In this document: positions 29,415 through 45,569 of the stretch, piece by piece
How positions within the stretch are numbered: position 1 is the first letter of the stretch
Layout of the letters: each line of letters starts with the position of its first letter
DNA from: the human T2T-CHM13v2.0 reference genome, Homo sapiens
Assembly (NCBI RefSeq): GCF_009914755.1
Contig: NC_060929.1
Direction: 5' to 3' (one strand)
DNA length: 64,000 bases
Program-made: the position numbers and the translations under genes
The notes under the pieces: generated by a model
What the model saw: only the letters and a program-made list of their open reading frames with translations
Told to the model about the DNA's origin: nothing
The model's database searches: none

Positions 29415-30169
29415 CCTTCTATTTTTCTATACAGAAGCTTGTCACTTCTTAAAACTAACATTGACAGTAGTATGTCAGACTTATCACAGTTGGTAGCATT
29501 TTTTTAATAATCATAGAGGACATTTCTTTCCACTGAAGGAAAACTCAGTGAGTCTTTGAAAGAAATTTGAAACCTTGATACAATCAAGAATATACTGAAG
29601 TAACTGACTAGATAACACTGTTTTGATCATGCACCCCTGATGTCTAATGTTTTTTGCTTTTGTTGTTTTTTTCTTTACATTGCCAAAAGGTACAAAAATT
29701 ACCAGAACCAAAAATTTTAAAGGGGGATTTCTTGCTGCCCCAGGGCTAGGCTAGACCTTAGGACTATGGATTCCAACATGCCTATACTGACCAATGATGG
29801 CAAATACACTACCCCAATTAAAATCAACTTGCAGGGAGTCCAGAGTCCTAGTGAGAATTTGTATAGCTTCCTAGTTTTAACATAACTAAATGAAGCAGGC
29901 TATTAGAGGGAAACTCAATCCCTTGTTGAAAGGATACTTATTTAAATTTAAGGGAATAATTAGCAGCAAAAGCAAATAACCTAATTAAATACTCTAGTAG
30001 AATGTAAAAATAGAAAATGTTAAGTATCCACTGAAACTAGAGAATAAAATAAACACAATTAGGAAAATAATATCTTGTCAAGTAGACACATTAGTAAAAT
30101 TGGTATATGCCAGAGGCCTGAATGTCATTATTTTTATAAGATCAAATACATATTAATCTGACAATTCTT

Positions 30170-30467
30170 GACTGGGCACGGTGGCTCACGCCTGTAATCC
30201 CAGCACTTTGGGAGGCCGAGGTGGGTGGATCACAAGGTCAGGAGTTCAAGACCAGCCTAGCCAACTTGATGAAACTCCATCTCTACCAAAAATACAAAAA
30301 AAATTAGCCGGGCGTGGCAGCGGGTGCCTGTAATCCCAGCTCCTGGGTAGGCTGAGGCAGAAAATTGCTTGAACCCAGGAGGCAGAGGTTGCAGTGAGTG
30401 GAGATCACACCACTGCACTCCAGCCTGGGTGACAGAGTGAGACTCTGTCTCAAAAAAAAAAACAAAA
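30170..30467 (+). mobile_element. AluS (Sg/Sc-like)
   Basis: Full dimer with TSD ending aattctt. Confidence 0.92.
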
Positions 30468-32202
30468 ATTCTTTAGGCTAGCATTTCCAAAATTTTGTTC
30501 CATGGAGAGCTCATTCCTTGGGGATGTGGTCTCTATGTATGAAAAATGCTGGTGTTAAATAAAGAAAATCAAATATCTTTGCTGTAGGACTTTTCAGGTC
30601 TTTTAATATTCTACTGTATTTGGTAAATCGCAAAGAGGAAACTAAAGTATTTCTCCTTTCTTTCTGCTTTATACCAAAGATCGCTTTTGCAGAGGACATA
30701 GCTAATTTGTTATTTAACATAATACACTTTGGGTGACTTCACATTAGATTATTCAACTTTCAAAGAATAGTTATGTAAATTTTTTTTTCTAGCTAGAGAA
30801 AATGTGTAGATTGAAACTAAACTGAAATTATCTATAACATAGGGAATTATTCCTGAAATAGGTTAGCATTTTATTCAAAATTGGTTTCTAATTATGTCTG
30901 CAAATATACTGATGTTTGGAGAAGGTAATTGCTTACAATTTTTGTAATTACAAATAATCATGTAAGACAGGAAAATGTGAACAGCTATCCCCTAAAATAG
31001 AAAACTATCACACCGAAAGCTCTCATTGTCAGATCAGTCCATCATCTAAAGAAATCAAAGATTGTGAGCTTAATTTTAAAGCGTTTGGACATTGAAAAAA
31101 CCTATCCCAAGATATCCTAAAAAAGAAACATTTTACATTTTATTTTCTTTGAAAACTGTTCACAACAAATAGATTAGTCAGTAATAAGTAGGATCCCTTT
31201 CCTCAAGAAAGACTTTCCATTTTGTTGTTTAGATATATCCACTGAGTACTTACAAAACTTGCTACTCACCATTATATCTGGAGAAACCATGCAAAATTTC
31301 CTAAACAATGACTATCAAATTGTTTTGTCTCTGTCTCTTTGCACTAAAGAGAATGGATTTTTTTTTGCATTGCTGTTATTTTTATTTTGAAAATCTCCTG
31401 AGAGTCTTATTTATTGCCACTAGATATACAAAATTTAAAAATGAATTTCTAAAATGTTTGGATTGCTGAAAACAGTCAAGTACATTGGCTGATATGATCG
31501 ATCAGAGCAGAAATACATTAACTTAAGGACAATGAGGCACATATGCTGTTATATATGCTACCCTAAAAAAATGTATACTTCAGAGAGACTGAGATAGTAT
31601 CTCTCTCTCTTTCTCTCTCCCCTACGTGTGTGTATGTGCAACACATACATAAGTATAAATGCAAATATAAGAACATGTGTTTAATGCCATTTATTTTGGA
31701 AAATGCAAGAGAAATATTGTAAAAATAAAATCCAGAGGGTTTAATAATATTTCCTTCTTCATAGCTTCTAGCACAATTACTAGACTATTAAAATAATACT
31801 TTTGATCACTATTCTTATGCAGCGTAATAGGGAATCTATAATTTCATCTCCTAAACCATATCTCAGATTAATTCAGAAAGTAAATGTGATGGAGTTACTT
31901 TTGATATTCCTTATAGAAGGATGGAGCATACATGCTAAATCTCATTTTTGTGATGTTGAACCTCAAAAGGATTCTATGTTGCAGGGGGTGAGCAGGTATG
32001 TTCACATGAACAAATATGAGAATTTGATATGAATTTTATAAAATTATAAGCAGTAGTCTTAACATTGAGTGTATTTTACTTAGATATGGTGAAATATGTG
32101 TTCATCAACTACTAGAGACTATCCAGAGATAGACATAACCAGATAACCAGGATAACTAGAGAAATACAAGTTTAAGACACAAGAAAAGTATACAAATGAT
32201 CA

Positions 32203-32552
<350 letters not shown>

Positions 32553-32913
32553 TTAACAAAATGTTTTTAACAAACAGAGCCATGGGCCCTGAGCTGGGGG
32601 TTCTGGCCTTGAGATTTTGCTTCAGGATGACTGGATGGCACTCCAGCATCTACACAACCAGGGTTTCAGATTGGTGTTGATCTTGTTTGCAGAGGAACAG
32701 TTCCTTAGTCCCCCTAGCCTCAAACTCCACATTTGTAAAATGTACCAAAGTAACAACAGGTTTCTTGGAATATCAAAATGCTCTCACCATGCAAGTAAAA
32801 GTAATAATCCAGTGTCAATGATGTGTGTAGTCCAAGGAAATGTATTTTGAAGTCCTTAAAATGAAGAGTCAATGAAACACAAATAGCAGAATGGATTAGA
32901 AAAATACATATCT

Positions 32914-33219
<306 letters not shown>

Positions 33220-34299
33220 GAAAAATATATATCTATAGGTCTGTGCTATAGGACAAAATATGCATAAGTATATAGAGCGTAATAAATAAATCTAACAAAT
33301 ATGTTTACAAGTAAACATGCACACACAGAAGTAATATGGGAGAAGTGGAGTGAGGGATATCAGGGGGCAACCAGAAAGCTCCATTTAAAGGGTGCAGACG
33401 CTACGTAACTGAGTCCAATTGCGTTCACGTATCTCTTTCTGCACAGCACTTCTAATATTGGATGTTATCACTTTTTTACACCAACTTGATAGGTGGAAAA
33501 AAATTACAACTCATTTTGAAATGCATACATTCTTTGACTCAGCAAAAATTTTCCTTATGAACATTTTAAAAAATGTTTAACAAAAGATTTTCCTTATGAG
33601 CACTTTTGCATAATTTGCTAACCATATTTATGAAGTTGCTCATTGCTGTAGCTTTAAGTCAAGAAAAATTTGCAAACAATCTGTGTGTCCATTAACTAGT
33701 TATAGAACTCATGATGCTATTTTAAACAGTAGAATATTGTAGCTTTTAAAAAAATTTATAGATAAATACATGCTGATAAGAAAATTTCTCCAAGACCTAC
33801 TATTAAGTAAGTAAATGTCATGCAGGAGAGTTATGTAGTGTCAACAAAGGTTATCATAGGTTTGTTAATCATATACATATTAAAATGTTTCTACACAGAT
33901 GTACAAAGAACATTTTATTTGAATTACATTGAGGGAAATGAATTTTTTTACTTATAATTTTACCATATCTATAGAATTACTTTTAATTTTATAAAACTCG
34001 TTAACAGTTTCTATCTGGAATTTTTAAAAAATTCTTACTTTTTTAATCCTTACAATTTTTCAGGCTATACTATTGAGAATGATTGATATTATGGATACAG
34101 GGAGATGTGAAAATACTATAGAGTTTTAGGAGAGAATTGAGGACTTGGGACTAGAAGAGGTAAGATAGCTCAGTATATCTGGTTTGAATTCTGTATCTTC
34201 TAAGTTAATGAATCCAAATGAAATAATTCATGGAAAATTCTGAGAATAGTGTCACATACACAGTAACTATGTAAGTGCTGGCTATATTCGAATTGTAGT

Positions 34300-34940
34300 A
34301 TCAGTGGGGCTAGGGAGAAATGGTTGAGTTTGAGAATTTTTTATGAGATTAAAATGAAAAGAACTTGGGTTGATTATCTGTAGTGGGAGGTAAGAAAGCA
34401 GGAGGTGTTAAGGAGAACTCCCAGGTTAGTTTTCTGGCCTGAGCAACTTGTATGGCTGGTGGTTTGTGATATGAGACAGAAACCCCTGGAGAAAGATTAA
34501 GTTTGAAAGGGAAGATTGTGAATTCTATTTTGGACTATGTTTCAATGTGCTCATCAGATAGTTAAATACTGGTGAGTAGTAGGCAGACTAGGGGAGAGGT
34601 ATGGGATGGAAATAGAAATTTCTGAGTTATCAGCACCTAAACGGTGTTTAAAATTTCAAAGTATATGTGTACCTGGGGAGAGAGTGTAGCATGAGAAGAA
34701 AAAAATGCAATTCTGAGAAACTCCCTCTGTAAAGGTGTGTGAGAGAAGCAGCAGCTGCGGCAGATGGAACTGAGAAAGGGTTATTCAGAGGAGCAAGAGA
34801 GAAATCATGAGAAACAGAAAAAAAAAAAGTATTTTTAAAAATATTCCATGTGATGGGGACTGAATCAGAGGGAGTTGAGAGTACCCTATCTTTAGTCTCA
34901 ACTCAAACTTCAGCTGCCCTAGGAAAGTGCTTTTGGCATT
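34300..34940 (-). mobile_element. L2 fragment
   Basis: L2 text (ttctggcctgagcaacttg; ttctattttggactatgtt). Confidence 0.6.
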
Positions 34941-34955
34941 CCAATAACTCCTCAT

Positions 34956-35273
34956 TTTTATTTATTTTTTTTGTATTTGTATTTATTTTTTTGATACAGG
35001 GTCTTGCTCTGTTGCCCAGGCTGGAGTGCAGTGGTGCAATCTCAGCTCACTGCATGCCTCTGCCTCCTGGGCTCAAACAATCCTTCCTTCTCAGCCTCCT
35101 GTGTAGCTGGGACTACAGGCATGCACCACCACACCCAGCTGATTTTTGTACTTTTAGTAGAGATGGGGTTTTGCCATGTTTCTCAGGCTGGTCTCAAACT
35201 CCTGGGCTCAAGCCATCTGGCTGCCTTGGCTTCCCAAAGTGCTGAGATGAGTCATTAGCCACCAAGCCCGGCC
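34956..35273 (-). mobile_element. AluJ
   Basis: Antisense Alu with J diagnostics (cctgggctcaa twice) and TSD cctcat.ttta. Confidence 0.9.
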
Positions 35274-35289
35274 CTCATCTTTAAAATAT

Positions 35290-35960
35290 ACATATTTAAC
35301 CCAAAATTCCTGATCTTATTTTCTCAAGACTACAGCCCACTTCCAGTTTCTTTTTTTTTTTTTTTTCCAAAACATTTCAAAATCCTCTCCCTACCTACCC
35401 AGGCTAGAAGCTATCCTTGGCACTTCTTCCTCTATACACAAGTAGGGTTTTGCCTCAGTTGCTCTTAATTCCCAATATAATACCACAATCCCTTCCTATA
35501 TTTCACCAGAATTAGAGTAACAGTTTCCTTACCTGCATACTCCTCCTCCCACAGCTCCGTCTATTCACGAGATGGTTGCATCATTCTTTCCTATACTCTT
35601 AAGTACTTCCAGAGATCCACCATTGATTGCGTCAACTACCAGATACTGTGGCTCAAAGCTTTCTGTATTGTAACCTAACCTACGTCTCCAGAATTTTCTC
35701 ATCATTTTCATTAACTCAAGTGTTTCCACTAAGCTCACGCCTGAGCAGTTTTTACTTCTACAGTCTCTATGTCTTTGTTTATACAGTTCTCTTTGCCTAC
35801 AATTTGTTTCTTCCAACAATCCAAGTCCTCAAAGACCAGCTGGAGTACCTAGTTTCTCAAAGGGCTTCATCAATAAATGACAGCCTTAGAACTCCTTGGT
35901 ACATATTGATTACATTAGTTTTTCACAATTATTGTCTTACATTATTGCCATTTCAGTAAG
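35290..35960 (+). mobile_element. L2 fragment
   Basis: Pyrimidine-rich L2-like text. Boundaries are approximate. Confidence 0.5.
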
Positions 35961-38535
35961 AAAATCTTAACTCCTTTACCCTTCTCAAAAATATCTCAGC
36001 AACCAGAACATTGTACTATATGTGTAAGCAAAAAAAATTTAAAAAGTATTACATATTTAAGCATTGTATTTTTTAAAATTTTAAATTATTTTAAAATTTT
36101 TGGGGGGTACACAGTAAGTGTATATATTTATGGGTTGATTTTTCTGACTCTAATTTGATAACAACTAAGATTTCATATATTTTACAACAAAAGATTTATT
36201 CACTGATATTTTCCATGAAAGTTAATCAACATAATTTTCGTAGTCATACAACTCTCTTCACCTTTTCCTATATCGTAACTCAAACTATTTGAAAATATGT
36301 TTTTAAGTAAATTCACCCTTACTTTAATAACAGAATACTTGAGACCAAAAACAGTTTTTAAAAAAGTTGAGTTTCAAGGAAACAGGCAGACTTCTTTTGT
36401 GTCGTCTTGAATCCGTTTGGCTGGAATACCCACCATCAGGTTAGATAGCCATTATCTACCTTAGAAAAGAAGTGGTGGATAGAAGCAAAGCTCATTTAAG
36501 AATTTTCTCCTGAATTGGCAAATACGTGTTTATTCTAAGTTGGAATAAGTTAAATATAGCTATAAAATGCTATCTGTGCTATTTTAAATCAAGACTTTAC
36601 TTATTTAAACAAAACAGAACAAAAAACACACAGTTCTCTCTCACATGGCCACAGAGGGATCTGATCCACTTTTGACATACAATTGTTGGACTAGACATGG
36701 AAAGTATTTTATTTGAAAAGGAAATTTAATGATTGTCATTCCAAAAAGTTCTCTCTGGTGGGAAGATGTTTCACTGGAATGACAGTAATAAAATAGAAAT
36801 GTCTTGATATACTTTTTTCACTTTAGCAAACTGATTTCTGATCTGAGTTCTCACAGAATTGCAAGTGTGCCCAAGACTTTGTGTCTATTAATTACTTCTT
36901 AATGCAAACATCATTTTTTTCTTCCATTGTTGTGGTGATCAGTGTACACTTTGATTTAAAACACATTTTGATTATTTTGACAGTCCTTTCACAACATATT
37001 CAGTTCTTTCTAAATCATTCATAAGCAATCTGTTTGATTTTGTCACACACATTTCCTTGATTTGCTATAAATATATGTAAACATTTTCATTAAAGAGGCA
37101 AGAAGAGTTTGAATGTTAGATCCAAAAAAAATAATGAATTAATTAAACACATACACACACATACACAAAAAAACACCCTCAAATGCCTGACCTCTAGGAA
37201 TGGATTCAATTCCAAATATCCATGTGTTAAATAAGGCAGACAAATTGCTTTAAAAAGACACTGAAACACAGACCAAAATGAATAGCAAATCTTTAAAAAC
37301 AAACCTAACTTTTGTTCTTTAGTATGCTTGTTTCACACTCACTTTATTAAAAAGTTGAAAGATAGAACTGCCAAACATATACATAAATGAATAGGAATGC
37401 AGCGCTAATAATTTCCAGTAGAAGTCATCATTTGGTTTCCTTATGAGGTCCTCTCTCCACTGTGAATGCTATTTCTTGTTAAACCACTTTGGAATAATCC
37501 ATTATTCCCAAAGACAAATTACCCAAGTCTATGCTGTTAACCTTGTTACAGATTGGCACTTATCATTACAGATTATATCAGGTTCTATAAGATTGTCTAT
37601 TATATTGGTTGAGGAAAAAACATTTGTGCTCTGCCAGTGACAATTTTCCCTTAATTTAGGAATTCCTATTTCTTACAGAGGCCAGCTGGAAATGAGTAAA
37701 GCATAACAGAGCCTTCCTTAGCTGTTGGCCTGGAGAATACACATTCTCTCCAAAATATATATCTTTGGCATAGTCTAGAAGTAAGGAATCTTGGGTAATC
37801 TCTGTGCTGGCCAAGTGTGAGAATTATGATTTTTAACCCCTAAATGCACTGAAGTGTTTTTTTTTCCTTTAAGAATTAAAAAACAGACTGCTGTTAGTTG
37901 AGTTTTTTAATCTAACAAAAATTTAAATAAACACCTTAGAGTGATATTTTTACTGTTGTGTTTTCTGCCTCCTCTTTGGTAAAGTATTTAACATGACATT
38001 TATAGGATTTACAGCTTGAAGAGTTTTACAGTTTCTTTAGGATGTGTTTAACATGCATAGATTAATAGTTCCATGAACTCACTGACAAACTAGTAGATTA
38101 TATAACCTAAATCTACGCATTTATTTATACCGTAATCTCCCATATGGCCCCCAAATCTAAGTAATCTAAATATTCAGAGTGACAAATGACTAGCTAGTAC
38201 TGAAACAGTACTTATATGACTTTTCTGAAGTCCTGACATGAAAGGTAGAAACTAACATTTAGTTAATAATTTTAAACTTTGGCATTTTACCATGGATTCT
38301 CCATGTATAAAACTAGATGTGGAAGTCTTTTCTTTAGCCCCATGTTCAAAATCACGTATTACTTCAAATTATAACTTAATGGACAAATATGGAACATTTT
38401 CTCTAACAGCAGTTGTTAGTCAAATAAGTAGAGTTAGTAATTATCTCAATGCATATTTTCAAAACGATATGATTAAAGTAAAATATCAAACTGCCAGTTG
38501 AAGAAATATTTCATTCTAACACTAAAACATTTATC

Positions 38536-39359
<824 letters not shown>

Positions 39360-40364
39360 TAAATACAGAAAAATAGCATAATTGTTGGCTGCTTGCTGGA
39401 TAGCAACAGTGTAAGACTTCAAAAATTAGCATGCGGGACAGTCCAGTGGATGCCAGAGCCCATGGAGTGCAGAAGCCATACAAGAGTCAGAGGTCAATGG
39501 AAAGAATGAGTGTCTGCTCTCTAAACAGGAGAGTAGTTAAGAGGTTTTTAGGAATAGCCCATTTATAAAGTGTTTAGTGAAATGAAGTTGTTCAGAAGTG
39601 CCTACGTTGCTTCTTGGACTAGCAGACAACAATAGTCTTTGGTGAATTTGGCAGAGACATGATAATGGCTAGCTTATACCATGAGCCATCACATAAATTT
39701 CTACGTATGATTCATGAATTTTCAGTGACAGAAAGATAATTTTATACTTTACAAAAGTAGATTCAAGTTGTACTATGTATAAGCCTTGAAGAACCCATTG
39801 ACATCATGGTTGACTATTCTCTTGTCTCATTTGGGCACTTTAGAAATTTGTGGATGGCTATTTATTGGAGCTTGTGTAGCCCCTTTGAATTAAACACGTT
39901 TTACTTATTTCAGTATATTTCAGAGCATGTTTGCTATGATTCACCGGAATTGAGTGGATACCTACTAAGCATAGTGGTGTTCATATAAACTATGGGAAAG
40001 AATACATGAAGATGATCTTGATAAAAATATTCAACTATATCATAAAAGGAACATTTCTATATAAAATAATGAAAATTTAGCAACAGAGTACTTTCATGTC
40101 TTCTGTGTAGCATTTGACCCATCAAAAATTTCTTTATAACATTGTGCTATTTTAGACCTAATTAACCTCAGTTCCTAAAATGTATCAGATTACACTTGAA
40201 AAACTTTAATTTCATCAGGCCACAGATTTTCAACAGTACACACTCACTGATCTTGAACATACTGGAGCTATGACATCTGTAAATGTCTCAAGGTAAATGG
40301 ACATTTCTTTGAGCATCTTCTATAAGGTTGAAGTTCACCTATTTTTCAGTGTTAAACCAAGGTC

Positions 40365-41487
40365 TTTTTTTTTTATTTATTTTACTTTAAGTTCCAGGAT
40401 ACGTGTGCAGAACATGCAGGTTTGTTACATAGGTAAACGTGTGCCATGGTGGTTTGCTGTACCTTTCAACCTGTCACCTAGACATTAAGCCCTGCATGCA
40501 TTAGCTATTTGTCCTGATGCTCTCCCTCCCCTTCTCCACCCCCAACAGGCCCCAGTCTGTGTTGTCGCCCTCCCTGTGTCCATGTATTCTCATTGTTCAG
40601 CTCCCACTTATGAGTCAGAACATGCAGTGTTTGGTTTTCTTTCCCTGCGTTAGTTTGCTGAGGATGATGTCTTCCAGCTGTATCCATGTCCCTGCAAATG
40701 ACATGACCTCATCCCTTTTATGGCTGCATAGTATTCCATGTTGTATATGTACAATATTTTCTTTATCCAATCTATCACTGATACACATTTGGGTTGGTTC
40801 CATGTCTTTGCTATTGCGAATAGTGCTGCAATAAACATATGTGTGTGTGTATCTTTATAATAGAATGATATATATTCCTTTGAGTATATACCCAGTAATG
40901 GGATTGCTGGATCAAATGGTATTTCTGGTTCTAGATCCTTGAGGAATCACCACACTCTCTTCCACAATTGTTAAACTAATTTACATTCCCACCAGCAGTG
41001 TAAAAGTGTCATATTTCTCCACAGCCTCACCAGTATCTGTTGTTTCTTGACTTTTTAATAATCACCATTCTGACTGGTGTGAGATGGTATCTCACTGTGG
41101 TTTTGATTTGCATTTCTCTAATGATCAGTGATGTTGAGCTTTTTTTCATGTTTGTTGGCTGCATAAATGTCTTCTTTTGAGAAGTGTCTGTTCATGTCCT
41201 TTGCCCACTTTTTGATGGGGTTGTTTTTGTCTTCTAAATTTGTTTAAATTCCTTGTAAATTCTGGATATTAGACCTTTGTTAGATAGGTAGATTGCAAAA
41301 ATTTTCTCCCATTCTATAGGTGGCCTTTTCATTCTGACGATAGTTTCTTTTGCTGTGCAGAAGCTCTTTAGTTTAATTAGATCCCATTTGTCAATTTTAG
41401 CTTTTGTTGCAATTGCTTTTGGTGATTTCATCATAAAATCTTTGCCCATGCCTATGTCCTGAATGATATTGCCTAGATTTTCTTCTA
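40365..41487 (-). mobile_element. 5'-truncated L1PA, ~1.1 kb
   Basis: ORF2 C-terminal remnants ([31 protein letters not shown]), 3'UTR and poly(T). TSD agtgttaaaccaaggtct / agtgattaaactaagatct. Confidence 0.92.
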
Positions 41488-43188
41488 GTGATTAAACTAA
41501 GATCTCAGCAACACTTTCCATTAATGCCATAAGTAATACAATTTCAGGAGTGAAATTTCCATGTTCACTTTTCTCGTGTTATTTAACTTGTCAGCAGTGT
41601 CTCCTGTCTCATTCATCTTTTGTGATAGAAGAAAGGATTTCACACCTTGTTTTGTCCAGGAAATGGACTTCACAACTATTCATAGTTCATTTCATCCCTT
41701 TGTTTCTACAATAATGTCAGAGTTAAGAATTTGTTAAGATTTTTTGCGTGTGTTTTTATTTCCTACACATTTTCATTTTCTCTCATTTGTCTGTGTTTAG
41801 GCCAATCCATAAATTTGTCAAATCATTTTGTCATCTGAGCCTATGTTTATCAGTAATGCCAAACCCTGTCTGCTCAGTGCTATCATCTGTCTTAGTAGAT
41901 ATAATTTTATAAGAGATCATGTCTGTATCTGTTACTACATCATCCATGGTCATTTGTAGAAAAAATATAAACATCTGAGTTAAGTAAACTTCGACTCTAC
42001 ACTTCTGTAAACTTGAACATTGCTTATACTTCCCCCAGGTATTTCCCTTTCAGCTAGTTTATTTAGATTAAATTATTTTCAGGTAAAATAAAGTCATTCG
42101 GCTCTTATTACCTGGCATAAGAATGGCAGGTAATAATGTAGGAAATGGCAGGAAATTAAGCTTTAGAGACTGAAAACAAGTATAGGGTTTAAGAAGGTAT
42201 ATTTCATTTGTAAAGAAGATTAAGCCTTTTTCTTGTTACCAAGTTGATTTGCTAGCATTTCTATTTGAGCTTCTCATTTACTAAACTATTTCTCTAATCA
42301 TTTTGAGAGTCCAAAGTGTTTAAATTATTGAGAATTATTCTATCATGTTTAGTGTTTGACATGTGAGCCACAGCATAGACATAATTTAATATAATCTTAG
42401 ACATTGTCACTAATGTCCAGGGCAATAAAAGATTTATTTCATTATAAAAGAAATATAAGGTTGTCAATGAAAAGAGTCAAACTGTGTAAAATATTTAAAG
42501 AGATTTATTCTGAGCCAAATATGTGTGACCACAGCCCATGACACAGCCCTGGGAAATTCTGAGAACGTGTACCCATGGTAATCAGGCTACAGCTTAGTTT
42601 TATACATTTTTGGGAAACGTAAGACACCAATCAATACATGTAAGATGTGCATTGGTTTGATACAGAAACAACTTGAAGAGGGGGCTACCAGGTCATAGGT
42701 GGATTCAAAGATGTTCTGATTGGCAATTGATTGAAAGAATTTATTTAAAGACCTGGAATCAATAGAAGGGAGTGTGTCTAGGTTAAGATAAGGGGTTGCG
42801 GAGACCACTGTTCTTATGCAAGTGCAGCCTCTACTTAGCAGGCTTCAGAGAGAATAGATTGTAAATGTTTCTTATCAGATTCAAAAAGATGCCAGATTCT
42901 TAGTTAATTCTCTTCTGGATCAAGAAAAAGACCTGGAAAGAGAAGGAGATTCTTTACAGAATGTAGATTTTTCCCACAAGAGCAGCTTTGCATGGCCATT
43001 TCAAAATATGTCAAGAAAATAAGTTTTGGAGTAAATTACTTTGATTTCTTTCAGGGCCTGCTATCTGTCATATTCTTATTGCTACAAAGAGTCTGCTTTG
43101 TCAATCTTAAGGTCTCTTTTTTAACGTTAATGCTGGTCAGCTATGCCTGAATTCCAAAGGGAGGAGGGTATAATCAGGTGTGTTCTAT

Positions 43189-44533
43189 TGTTACCAGCAG
43201 CAAATCCATTGAGTCTACAGCAACCTCAGTTCTTGTCTCCTCAGAAGAAAGAATTTGACTGAGAAGCATAAGGCAGAAGGAGAGACCAAGGCAAGTTTTA
43301 TAGCAGGAGTGAAAGTGAAGCAGCATCATTATCTGGGGTAAATACCCGAGGTTTGTTGTCTCATGCCAGGGGCAGACACACAATAAGTAAGCTTAAGAGC
43401 AGAGGTTTAATAGGCAAAAGAAAGAGAAAAGAGAATAACTCTCTTTCGTAGAAAGAGAAGGACTCCGGAGTGTGTCTTCTGATTTTGTGGTGAAATGCAG
43501 GAGGTTTTATAGATGAGGTTGAGGAGACAGTATCTAATTTACATAGGGCATGAGAGATTGGTTGGACCCAGTGTGCCGTTTGTTTGCATAGCACAGGAAG
43601 AAGCTGGCCACCCCACCCTAATCTTCTATTATGCAGATGGGTTCTCCACTTGGCTGGCATCATGTTGACTGTTCTTTATTCTACACCTGGATGACAAAGA
43701 AAAAGGGAGAAGGACCCTCAATGTTGAACATATCTGGGCCCCAGGTAGCCTTTTCCTATTGGCACAGTTGCCGGCATTCACCCATGCAAGCTTCTAGTTT
43801 CTATGTCTGCAGTTCAATTTTACAGGCTGCTCTTTGTTAGAAAAGAAATGATTTGGGGGCTGCTTTTCATTAAAAGAAAAACATTACTAAGGACTCTCTG
43901 ACTCTCACAAACTGCCTAAATAATTTCTTTCTAGCTAGTGTATGAAAAATGTATTAAAAAACTTTAGAGCAGGAATGAAAGGACGGAAAGTAAACTTGGA
44001 AGAGGACCAAGCAGGTAACTTGAAGGACAAGTGTGCAGTTTGACCTTTTGACTGGGGGTGTTATATGTTGGCATGCTTCTGGGGTCTTCCATTCCTTCTC
44101 CCCAGTTCTTCTTTTGGGGTGAGCTGTCCACATGCACAACGGCCGGCTCACACTTGGGAGGGGAGCATGCGCAGTGTGTTTACTGGAGTTGCATGCATGC
44201 TCACTTTAAGGTGCTCTTCTCTTACTAGTCTAATATTCCTAGGAGGTCATATACGAGTTAAACTCCACCATTTTTCCTCTTAATGCTTATGCTTGAGCCC
44301 ACTTGCCCAATTCCTGAGATCTTATTGGAAAGTTGCTGATCACCAGTTTCAGGTTTTTTCTATCTATAGAGAAACTGCCTTCCCCAGGGGCTGGTTGCAA
44401 CTAATTATTATTTTAGAGAGACAGTTAACAACCTCCTGACCATCACCTGATGGTCGCCTGACATTCCTGGTTGCGGGGGAGGGAGAGTCCCACTTCTGCC
44501 CTGGTCATGTCTGCCTGACTATCTAGCATAACA
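43189..44533 (-). mobile_element. MER50-like LTR, nested and itself interrupted
   Basis: TGTTACC...TAACA termini with TSD CTAT/CTAC. Confidence 0.7.
43316..43945 (-). mobile_element. MER61-like LTR (innermost)
   Basis: Starts TGAAGCAGC...ctggggtaaatacccgagg, with TSD AAAG/AAAA. Confidence 0.65.
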
Positions 44534-45569
44534 CTACCACCCATTCATGGCCTAAATTTGTGTTTCAGGTTTACTTCTAGAATGCTCTTGGCTGAGGGGA
44601 GGGGTCCATTCAATTAGTTGGGGGACTTAGAATTTTATTGTTGGTTTACATGGTGAAATTATCTCATGTGTACCCAAGTACAGAGAAGATTGTACTTTCC
44701 TTAGGTAGATTTAATTGATGAATATCACTACGGCAATGGAACAAATTTTGCTTTCAGAGACCTTGGGGCTTATTTTTTGGTGGGGAAAAGGGATTATCGA
44801 CATCAACTTTCCTTGTGTCTTGTTGTTTGTCTACGTCAAAAACTTGCTTAAGTCCTAAATCCTTGTAAGCAATTTTCTAAGCTGTTTAAGTTTGCTCTAA
44901 AGATGATTGCTTTCGTTTTACTCTAGTAAACCTGGGACATCATGATTGTGTTTCCTATTCAGAATTAAATCTCGTACATGGAGTAGATTCATGAGGTGCT
45001 TTGTTTCAAAGGTCTTTTGGGGCAATATTAAACTGTTTGGGGAACAGAATATCTATCAGACAATACAAGACTCTCTTTTTAAAATACTCTAGTCAGAAAA
45101 TTTTCCTTGTAAAAGAAATTTCAATAGCAAGTTATCTGGTAAACTCTGTATTTCTTTCCCATTTGCTGGCAAATTGATGTTGACATTTTAGCATTTGGCT
45201 TTTTAGTGGAACTCTATAGTGTGTCTTGTTTCAAATATACATTAAATTACTTGATACACATGTGAAGAGCGAGATTTAGCATTTATTAGAAAGAAGGACT
45301 GAAAGAAGGGAGAAGGGAAGGAAGGGGAGAGAGAGAGCGCCATGGAATCTGAAGAAACACCTACTTAAGGGTCCACTCTACTCATTTGCCCCCTTGTTAT
45401 TAAACATTTTGGAACATCATAGCACACAAATGTATGAATAAAACTATATAGTGCATATAGTGGAAATAACATTATATCTGGAATCAAAAGACTTGCATTT
45501 GAGGTTTGTCTGTCCTTATGGGGCATGTCTTTGTATGATCTCCTTGAGTCCTACCCTGATTTTCCCATT

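Larger units (their letters stand above)
42462..44650 (-). mobile_element. MER4-group LTR interrupted by nested LTRs
   Basis: TG...TTTACA termini with TSD AGGT/TGGT. The halves 42462-43188 and 44534-44650 are colinear with the copy at 15272-16161. Confidence 0.8.

Noticed and set aside
34850-35245. 131-aa ORF and similar ORFs at 3595, 18034, 22249, 24964, 38856 and 49713
   Set aside because: These are Alu-derived frames with typical LECSG/GVQW peptides, not genes.
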